Source: Breznakia sp. PF5-3 (GTDB lineage: Bacteria; Bacillota_I; Bacilli_A; Erysipelotrichales; Erysipelotrichaceae). Taken from it: a DNA stretch of 32,000 bases. Shown piece by piece: positions 16,120-22,745 of the stretch (its first letter is position 1; each line of letters begins with the position of its first letter). Both the position numbers and the translations under genes were made by a program. The DNA lies in contig NZ_JAQFIQ010000008.1 of the NCBI RefSeq assembly GCF_029504745.1, positions 1 to 32,000 of the forward strand, written 5' to 3'. The notes below the pieces were generated by a model. That model did not search any database. It was not told the origin of the DNA and saw only the letters and a list, made by a program, of their open reading frames with translations.

Positions 16120-16578
16120 CTATTTTGTATATTGTGCTTCTATCTCCATGATCCGTTCTACCTTTGGTGTACTTTTGCCACCAGCAAATTCACACTCTAG
16201 CCACGTATCGATAAGAAGTTGTGCATATTGTGGAGCAATCACTCTTGCTCCCATACACAATACCTGACAGTTATTACTTTTGATGCTTCTTTCCAATGAG
16301 AACATATCATGACATACCGCTGCTCGAATACCTGGAATTTTATTGGCTGTAATTGCCATGCCAATACCTGTTCCACATAAGAGAATACCACGTTCGTGAC
16401 TACCATCTAAGATATTGTTACACAAGGTTTGTGCTATATCTGGATAGGATGATGGATGCTCATCATAAACACCTATATCTTTTACTTCTTCGCCTTTTTT
16501 TATAAGGTATTGTTTTATTTGTTCTTTTAATTTATATGCTGCTTCATCACAGCCGATTACAATTTTCATCTTTACCAC
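16120..16578 (-). CDS. RpiB/LacA/LacB-family sugar-phosphate isomerase (divergent)
   Basis: 152 aa. IVIGCDEAAY and LLCGTGIGMAITANKIPGIRAA retain the family Cys motif. Several residues I recall as conserved in E. coli RpiB are replaced (see findings). Confidence 0.8.
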   Translation of the reverse strand: MVKMKIVIGCDEAAYKLKEQIKQYLIKKGEEVKDIGVYDEHPSSYPDIAQTLCNNILDGSHERGILLCGTGIGMAITANKIPGIRAAVCHDMFSLERSIKSNNCQVLCMGARVIAPQYAQLLIDTWLECEFAGGKSTPKVERIMEIEAQYTK

Positions 16579-16595
16579 CCACTTTCTTAAATAAT

Positions 16596-16625
16596 AAAGA
16601 GTGAGGTATCACAACCACACTCTTT
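16596..16625 (-). other. intra-operon RNA hairpin between the bicupin and rpiB-family genes
   Basis: AAAGAGTG, a 14-nt loop, then CACTCTTT (perfect 8 bp). It lies in the only sizeable gap (57 nt) of the operon. On the minus strand it is followed by ATTATTT, not a clean U-tract. Confidence 0.45.
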
Positions 16626-16635
16626 ATATAATTTC

Positions 16636-17550
16636 TTATAGTTCAGTAATTGCGAAAACTACTTTAATTGGTTTTGCTTCAAAGTTCACTAACTGATATT
16701 TCACCCCGGCTGGAATAAAGAATGTATCTTCTGGTTCTAATACATAACTCTCTTCCAATTCCGATAAATTCACCGTCACTGGCCCATCAACACAATATAG
16801 TGCTGCATCTCCTGCATGTGAATCTGGATCGGAGCATCGTGGTCCATATCCTCCAGCTGGCAAGATAAATTCACCAAAGTGTCCATAATCATTACTTGTT
16901 ATAAAGCGCATCAACATTGGGTGCTTTACCCCATGCACATTATTTAGTTTTTCAAAATCACGAACTGCATATACGGCTCCAGTTTCTCTTGCTTCCTTTG
17001 GATCTACTGGCCATGATCCAATATCATCTGTACATCCTTGTCGAGAAATATCTTTGATTTTATCTTTCATGTTTGGAAGATTATCATTGTTTGGTCCTTT
17101 ATAGAACTTTGTTTCTTCCTCACTAGGAATAACTGCTGGAGGAATTTCTTCACTCCAAGCCTTTGGTGTAATAAAATATAGAATTCTCGCTTTTTGATCT
17201 GAGAAGTTATGACAACAATGCCATGCACCTTCTGGCATAAACAAACCTTCTCCTGTTTCCAAATAGGCAAATTGTCCATTCCCACTACGTTGAACAACTG
17301 GCCCATTCAAAATGTAATACGATTCATCTCCTGGATGAACATCCAATGGTGCAAATACACCTCCAGGTCCCAATTCATAAATACCAAGCATAAAGGTATC
17401 TGTTGTTACCATCGTAAAGGTATTATCTGATGTAAATGCATTGTTGGGTGGATAAAGAGCCGTTGAATACTCACTTTTCTTTATCAACATTGGTTTTTTA
17501 TCTTCCTTTGAAAACGGGAAGTTTTCTAATATATCTACTAATTTAGCCAT
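16636..17550 (-). CDS. bicupin protein of unknown function
   Basis: 304 aa with two cupin-like halves: LDVHPGDESYYILNG...MPEGAWHCCHN and PDSHAGDAALYCVDG...FIPAGVKYQLVN. RBS AAAGGAGAA. Confidence 0.75.
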   Translation of the reverse strand: MAKLVDILENFPFSKEDKKPMLIKKSEYSTALYPPNNAFTSDNTFTMVTTDTFMLGIYELGPGGVFAPLDVHPGDESYYILNGPVVQRSGNGQFAYLETGEGLFMPEGAWHCCHNFSDQKARILYFITPKAWSEEIPPAVIPSEEETKFYKGPNNDNLPNMKDKIKDISRQGCTDDIGSWPVDPKEARETGAVYAVRDFEKLNNVHGVKHPMLMRFITSNDYGHFGEFILPAGGYGPRCSDPDSHAGDAALYCVDGPVTVNLSELEESYVLEPEDTFFIPAGVKYQLVNFEAKPIKVVFAITEL

Positions 17551-17566
17551 GTTTTATTTCTCCTTT

Positions 17567-18601
17567 TTACTCAGCTAATTCTACTTCTTCATTTACTGGT
17601 TTTTTCAATAACACTAATAATCCTGCACTTACTGCTCCTGCAATTAATAATGCAACAATAAACATAATGGCATTATTCAATGCGAACAATACGAACAATC
17701 CACCATGAGGTGCTCTCATTGTTAATCCAAACACGTATGATAATGCACATCCTACAGCTGAACCTGCCATCAATGATGGAATTACTTTAATTGGATCTGC
17801 AGCTGCAAACGGAATTGCAAATTCGGTAATCATTCCAAATGCTCCAGCAAACAATCCAGGTACAGCAGCACGTTCTTCACTAGTAAATTTCTTTTTTGCG
17901 ATTAAACAAGCAATTGCAATTCCTAGTGGAGGTGCCATACTTCCAATGAAGTTTGCTGCCATTGGAGCAAAGTTTCCAGCTTCCATTGCTGCTAATGCAA
18001 ATGCATATGCAACCTTGTTACAAGGACCACCCATATCAAATGCAAGCATACATCCTTGAACGATTCCTAGTACTACTAAATTTCCTGTACCGAGTGAATT
18101 CAACATATCTGTCAATGCTGTTGTAAGCATTGAAATAGGTTCACCAATTACATAAACCATGATTAAACCAATGGCACCAACTCCTAAAATAGGAATAATC
18201 AAAGTTGGTAATAAGGAACGTAATTGTGCAGGCAATGCAATTTTCTTCAATAGATTTACAATATACCCTGCAACAATCCCCGCAATAAGCCCACCAAGGA
18301 AACCTGATCCTTGTACATCAGCCAATGCTCCACCAACCATTCCTGGTGCCAACCCAGGTTTATCAGCAATTGAGTAAGCAACATATGCACCAAGTACTGG
18401 TACCATAAGTGCAAATGCTTGTTTTCCTAACCAGAAAACAGTGGATGGGAAGTTTCCATATTGTTCAACTGTATTGGGAATATCATAACCACCGATGGCA
18501 AAACCAATCGCGATCATAACACCACCAGCAATAACAAATGGCAACATGTACGATACACCTGTTAATAATGCACTTTTGATTTCATTTAATTGTTCTTTCA
18601 T
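17567..18601 (-). CDS. PTS fructose-family EIIC permease
   Basis: About 344 aa, Gly/Ala-rich and polytopic, with the length and profile of stand-alone Fru-family IIC. Start moved to the ATG at 18601 (AAGGTGAG upstream). It follows EIIA and EIIB. Confidence 0.85.
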   Translation of the reverse strand: MKEQLNEIKSALLTGVSYMLPFVIAGGVMIAIGFAIGGYDIPNTVEQYGNFPSTVFWLGKQAFALMVPVLGAYVAYSIADKPGLAPGMVGGALADVQGSGFLGGLIAGIVAGYIVNLLKKIALPAQLRSLLPTLIIPILGVGAIGLIMVYVIGEPISMLTTALTDMLNSLGTGNLVVLGIVQGCMLAFDMGGPCNKVAYAFALAAMEAGNFAPMAANFIGSMAPPLGIAIACLIAKKKFTSEERAAVPGLFAGAFGMITEFAIPFAAADPIKVIPSLMAGSAVGCALSYVFGLTMRAPHGGLFVLFALNNAIMFIVALLIAGAVSAGLLVLLKKPVNEEVELAE

Positions 18602-18630
18602 TTTTCTCACCTTTTTCTCTCTTTATATTT

Positions 18631-18927
18631 CTAATCTTCGAATATAATCTTAGGGTTTTGGATGACTGCATGAGGTGTCAATTTCTTAATCTTATCTTTG
18701 TATGCATCAAAGCGTTCTGCTTTTGAGACTCCTACATCATTAGCAAAGATAATCATATCTGCTTCTTTGATATCCTTATCTTTTAATTTGTTTTCTATAC
18801 CTAACGCTCCTTGCATTTCAACCTTGCAATCATACCCTTTTTCTTTACAGATTTTTTTAATGGCTTCTGCTGCCATATATGTATGTGCAATTCCTGTCGC
18901 ACAAGATGTAATTGCTACTACTTTCAT
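18631..18927 (-). CDS. PTS fructose-family EIIB
   Basis: 98 aa. The N-terminal MKVVAITSCATGIAHTYMAAEA carries the phospho-Cys loop typical of IIB(Fru). Confidence 0.85.
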   Translation of the reverse strand: MKVVAITSCATGIAHTYMAAEAIKKICKEKGYDCKVEMQGALGIENKLKDKDIKEADMIIFANDVGVSKAERFDAYKDKIKKLTPHAVIQNPKIIFED

Positions 18928-18937
18928 AAGCTCACCT

Positions 18938-19411
18938 CTAATTTTCGTATTTCTGAATCATTTCCATTACTTCTTCATAACTCTTACCATGTTCTAAGAT
19001 ATCAATGAATTCCTCATGCGTAAGTAAACCTGCTAACTTTGCAAGTACTCGCATATAGTGATCTGCTCCTTGATCCATTGAAATAGCCAACATGAAGACA
19101 TATTTTACTTCACCGCTTTCACCAAAACTGTTATATATAAACGGTTCTTTGCAACGGCAAAACCCAATTCCTGGTTTTTTAACTGCTTCACATTTCCCAT
19201 GCGGTAAACCAATTAAATTTCCCATAAAAGTTGAACCAATGGCTTCACGTTCTTCTAATGAAACGATGTATTTAGCTTCATCATCAATGATTCCTGCTTC
19301 CTTAAATTTCGATGCCATAAAAGCAAACATTTCTTCTTTTGAATGAAATGGTTCATGATCCAAAACGAAGGCTTCTTTTACTAATACATCGGCTAAATTA
19401 ACTTTTTCCAT
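18938..19411 (-). CDS. PTS EIIA, fructose/mannitol (EIIA_2) type
   Basis: 157 aa. NLIGLPHGK carries the active-site His, and the length and pattern are those of PTS_EIIA_2. Confidence 0.8.
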   Translation of the reverse strand: MEKVNLADVLVKEAFVLDHEPFHSKEEMFAFMASKFKEAGIIDDEAKYIVSLEEREAIGSTFMGNLIGLPHGKCEAVKKPGIGFCRCKEPFIYNSFGESGEVKYVFMLAISMDQGADHYMRVLAKLAGLLTHEEFIDILEHGKSYEEVMEMIQKYEN

Positions 19412-19413
19412 AA

Positions 19414-20286
19414 TTATTTCCCGTTTTTAAATACTGTTAGAACTTCTCTTGCATACTCTCTCATAAAACGATATGCACTTTCTTGAACTTCATGCCAGTA
19501 AGCACTTCCTTGTGTTTTATCCAATTCTTCATAGATATGTTTCGCTGCTGCTTTTGCCATGTATGAGTAATAGTTAATCTTTGAACAACCAGCACTGATT
19601 GCTGCTTGTACTTGATCACTATCTACCCCACTACCACCATGCATTACAATACGTGTTTCTTTTGGCATTTTTTTACGCATTTCTTTTACTCTTTCAATAT
19701 CAAGAATTGGTGGTTCTGAATAAATTCCATGGGCTGTACCAAAGCATACTGCTAATGCATCAACACCTGTATCTCTAGCAAACTCTGCTGCTTGTTCAGG
19801 ATCTGTAAAGGTAATTTTAATGGATTCATTATCCCATACCGTATCATCTCCATGGGTATCATCTTCTGTTGATGTCATGATTCCAAGTTCAGCTTCAACC
19901 GTAATATCTAAAGCATGTGCAAGCTTGGTAAATGCTTTTAATTTTGCTTTGTTTTCTTCAAATGGCAATGCACTTAAATCATACATAATGGAAGAAAATC
20001 CACAGCGAATCGCACGCATTACAAAGTTATAATCACTACCATGATCCAAATGTACACAAACTGGTACTTTCGCTTTTTTTGCGTATTCTACCATCTTTGG
20101 TCCAATCTCTTCAATTGGAATTAGTGGATCGTGCACTTGTGCGTGGTCAATAATAATTGGTACATTTAAATCCTCAGCTGCACCAATAACAGCACGAAGC
20201 GTTTCAACGTTTGGCGTATTAATACAGCCAATCGCATACCCACCCTTTTCTGCTTCTTCTAAAATCTGTTTCATGTTTACTAACAT
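19414..20286 (-). CDS. class II ketose-(bis)phosphate aldolase (FBA/GatY/KbaY/IolJ family)
   Basis: 290 aa. Motifs: VHLDHG, VEAELG, FGTAHG, MHGGSG (zinc and catalytic motifs of the PF01116-type family). RBS AGGAGGAAAA. Confidence 0.85.
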   Translation of the reverse strand: MLVNMKQILEEAEKGGYAIGCINTPNVETLRAVIGAAEDLNVPIIIDHAQVHDPLIPIEEIGPKMVEYAKKAKVPVCVHLDHGSDYNFVMRAIRCGFSSIMYDLSALPFEENKAKLKAFTKLAHALDITVEAELGIMTSTEDDTHGDDTVWDNESIKITFTDPEQAAEFARDTGVDALAVCFGTAHGIYSEPPILDIERVKEMRKKMPKETRIVMHGGSGVDSDQVQAAISAGCSKINYYSYMAKAAAKHIYEELDKTQGSAYWHEVQESAYRFMREYAREVLTVFKNGK

Positions 20287-20307
20287 AATTATTTTCCTCC
20301 TGTTGTA

Positions 20308-21171
20308 TTATTCTATTTCCATAGCAATCTTTTTCAGGTTTGCTAATCCTTGAACTGCTAGATCTTCTCCCGTATCTGCAAACTTTCGCCATATCGCACA
20401 ATTCGCATTCAACTCTTCAAAACTTGGATCAAAACTTTCTATTACACATGGTCCTTCATATCCTACTTTTTTTAGGGCAATAAAGAATTCCTTAAACGGT
20501 ACTAACCCCGTTCCTGGTATCCCTCGATTACTCTCACATACATGCACATACCCTAAATACTCTTTCCCACATGTCTCTACTGCTCTTGTATAACTTGTCT
20601 CTTCTCGTATCATGTGGAAACAATCTAAATGTACTGCCATATTTCCAGTTCCTACATCTTTGCAATACTTCACTCCATCTTCTGCTGTATTGATGAAATG
20701 TGTCTCAAATCGATTTACTGGTTCCACACAAATTTTTAGCTTTGGATGTTTCTTTAAAGCATATTCTCCAACTTCTCGCATCGCTTCTACCGAATCTTTC
20801 CACTCTCGTTCCGTTTTAGGTTTTCCACTCAAACATCCCCATCCGGCATAATTTACTCCACCTAGAATATTTGAACCCAACGCTAGATTGATATCTACTA
20901 ATTTCTTTAGACTATCAATTCCCTTACGACGAATTGCAGCATCTTCCGATATTAAATTCGTATCTGCTCCTAGGGTGGTTGTCGTTACTACTTCTAGATT
21001 GGTTTTTTCCAATTCTGCTTTTACCTTTTCCGTTGGAAAGGTAAATGGATGAGCGATTGCTATATCAATCGTTTCAAACCCTAATGCTTCTGCTTTTGGA
21101 ATGATCCATAAGTCCTTCTCACTAAAAACTTCACTCCAGATAAACGAGTCTACTCCAAATCTAATCTTCAT
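20308..21171 (-). CDS. ketose 3-epimerase-family TIM-barrel enzyme (D-psicose/D-tagatose 3-epimerase-like)
   Basis: Start moved to the ATG at 21171 (MKIRFGVDSFIW, with AAAGGAGAG upstream). The block EPVNRFETHFINTAEDGVKYCKDVGTGNMAVHLDCFHM...GYVHVCESNRGIPGTG parallels the E/D/H/E metal-site blocks of DTE/DPE enzymes as I recall them. Confidence 0.75.
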   Translation of the reverse strand: MKIRFGVDSFIWSEVFSEKDLWIIPKAEALGFETIDIAIAHPFTFPTEKVKAELEKTNLEVVTTTTLGADTNLISEDAAIRRKGIDSLKKLVDINLALGSNILGGVNYAGWGCLSGKPKTEREWKDSVEAMREVGEYALKKHPKLKICVEPVNRFETHFINTAEDGVKYCKDVGTGNMAVHLDCFHMIREETSYTRAVETCGKEYLGYVHVCESNRGIPGTGLVPFKEFFIALKKVGYEGPCVIESFDPSFEELNANCAIWRKFADTGEDLAVQGLANLKKIAMEIE

Positions 21172-21441
21172 TTCTCTCTCCTTTCTATACAGGAAGTTTT
21201 GGTAGCGCTTCCTTTCTAATTTTATGATAAACAAAACAACCTATAAAAATCCAATCGCTTAAGTCTTTGTTTTGCACTAGGTCTAGTTCATAATTAAACT
21301 AATTGCTTTTCACCCTTTATTTATCAGCTTTTTTTAAATATCAAAAAAACAAAAAAGAAGCAGCTCGTTGCAAAAAAATATTTTTTAAACAATAATGTTG
21401 TTTCGTTTTTTTGATTAATCTTAGTAAATCTGTCTTTTCGA

Positions 21442-21470
21442 TTGTCCAAACATGATTTCTTTACTATAAT
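21442..21470 (+). promoter_or_regulatory. sigma-A-type promoter (TTGTCC-17-TATAAT), probably for the GNAT gene
   Basis: A perfect -10 with 17-nt spacing. It implies a leader of about 175 nt before the ATG at 21652. Confidence 0.5.
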
Positions 21471-21651
21471 AGATTTAGACGTTTAAAAAGAAGTAAAAAG
21501 CAATACCTTTATTTCAATGAATTACTTCTATTTAAGGTTTATCATTATGCTACTGATAATAAGGTTATCGCTTTCTTATTTGGCAGTATCATCATAAGCT
21601 TAACCCTGTCAAATTATTAAAAAGGGCGTATCGCTTTAAAGGAGAGTATGC

Positions 21652-22704
21652 ATGTTTCGTAACACAGAAAAAAAAGACCTTCCCATGATTCACACTTTGT
21701 GGAAAGATATCTTTCAAGACCAAGATGACTATCTTGATTATTATTTTAAACATAAATATAATACGGATTTTTCTTATTTGATTGAGGAAAATGATACCAT
21801 TGTATCCAGTTTACAAGTTCATCCATATACCTATCGGTTGATGGATGAAAACTTACGATTTGGTTATTTTCATGCCATTATGACAAACAAAGAACAACGT
21901 AATCAAGGGTTAATGAAAGAACTATTAGGATGTACCTTTCGTGATCTTTACAATAAAGAAATTATCTTAGGAGGGTTGGTTCCTTCTTCTACTTCTTTAT
22001 TTTCATTATATGAAAAGTATGGATTTGTTTCTTGCTTTTCAACTTGGGAAAAATATTATAAAAAACAACCAACGACGAAGGTTGTTTCTTTACACGTATA
22101 TGAAGATTCTATGTTTGATGATATATATACGTATTATGAAATAATGATGAAGCCATCTTCTAATCTTCTTTGTAAGACGAAAGACGATTTTAAAATTATG
22201 GTTGATGAACACCTTCTTAACGGTGGTGTCATCCATTATGGATTGGATATAGACAATGTTTGTGGAATTGTTTTTATCGATACTAAAAAAGAACTTCATG
22301 TTCGTGAAATGTTTGTATCTACTACTTTATATATTCCCCTGTTAAATGCTGTATTGCAGCACTATGCACTTACTAAAATCTTAGTAAAAAGTGCACTTCC
22401 AACTATGGATAGTATACAAAAAGCGTATGGTATGGCTAGAATTTTAAATGTTTATGAAGTTCTTTCTATGCTTGCTAGAAAAAATCTTGAATTAAAACTA
22501 ACCTTATCCATCCAAGATGATTACCTTTATCAAAATACAGGGGTCTTCTCTCTTTGTGATGGAGATTGCGAAAAAATTTCAAATAGTACAAATGAAGATA
22601 CCATAAGCATTGGTGAATTAACCAAACGCTTATTGCTTGGAGGTAATTTAAAAGATATCAACATCGTCTCAAGCATTCCTTACATGGGAATGTTAATGGA
22701 CTAA
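21652..22704 (+). CDS. GNAT-family N-acetyltransferase, Eis-like three-domain architecture
   Basis: 350 aa. The acetyl-CoA motif A-like segment is FHAIMTNKEQRNQGLMKELL. The C-terminal ARILNV...LKLTLSIQDDYLYQNTGVFSL resembles the SCP2-like tail of Eis-type enzymes. RBS AAAGGAGAG. Confidence 0.7.
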   Translation: MFRNTEKKDLPMIHTLWKDIFQDQDDYLDYYFKHKYNTDFSYLIEENDTIVSSLQVHPYTYRLMDENLRFGYFHAIMTNKEQRNQGLMKELLGCTFRDLYNKEIILGGLVPSSTSLFSLYEKYGFVSCFSTWEKYYKKQPTTKVVSLHVYEDSMFDDIYTYYEIMMKPSSNLLCKTKDDFKIMVDEHLLNGGVIHYGLDIDNVCGIVFIDTKKELHVREMFVSTTLYIPLLNAVLQHYALTKILVKSALPTMDSIQKAYGMARILNVYEVLSMLARKNLELKLTLSIQDDYLYQNTGVFSLCDGDCEKISNSTNEDTISIGELTKRLLLGGNLKDINIVSSIPYMGMLMD

Positions 22705-22713
22705 TTTCATAAT

Positions 22714-22745
22714 TAAAAAAATTATTCTTAGTGAATAATTTTTTT
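22714..22745. terminator. bidirectional terminator between the GNAT and PRD-regulator genes
   Basis: AAAAAAATTATTC-ttagt-GAATAATTTTTTT is perfectly symmetric. The stem is AT-rich. Confidence 0.6.

Noticed and set aside
21172-21234. N-terminal extensions given by the ORF track. Examples: epimerase to 21234, treP to 11264, ATPase-neighbour gene to 7002, EIIC to 18610, PRD regulator to 24726, manA to 27106, DeoR from 27150, HAD to 14476, surface protein to 29760, DUF1622 to 30309, membrane protein to 12834.
   Set aside because: In each case an internal ATG is preceded at 5-9 nt by a strong GGAGG-type SD. The extension either contains that SD or promoter, or encodes implausible leader residues.
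21232-21274. Inverted repeat CAAAACAA-27 nt-TTGTTTTG upstream of the PTS operon, considered as the PRD-regulator binding site
   Set aside because: It is a low-complexity 8-mer in AT-rich DNA with a long spacer, so a chance occurrence is plausible. It is mentioned only as a place to start footprinting.
21517-21597. 26-codon hydrophobic ORF (MNYFYLRFIIMLLIIRLSLSYLAVSS) in the GNAT leader, considered as a type I toxin or leader peptide
   Set aside because: There is no SD upstream. Hydrophobic F/I/L/Y composition is what AT-rich sequence yields by chance, and there is no paired antisense promoter.
21580-21600. TTGGCAG, considered as a sigma-54 -24 element given the nearby PTS regulator
   Set aside because: There is no TTGC(A/T) at the -12 spacing. 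It is on the wrong strand for the PTS operon. The regulator lacks a sigma-54 AAA+ domain and is MtlR/LicR-type rather than LevR-type.
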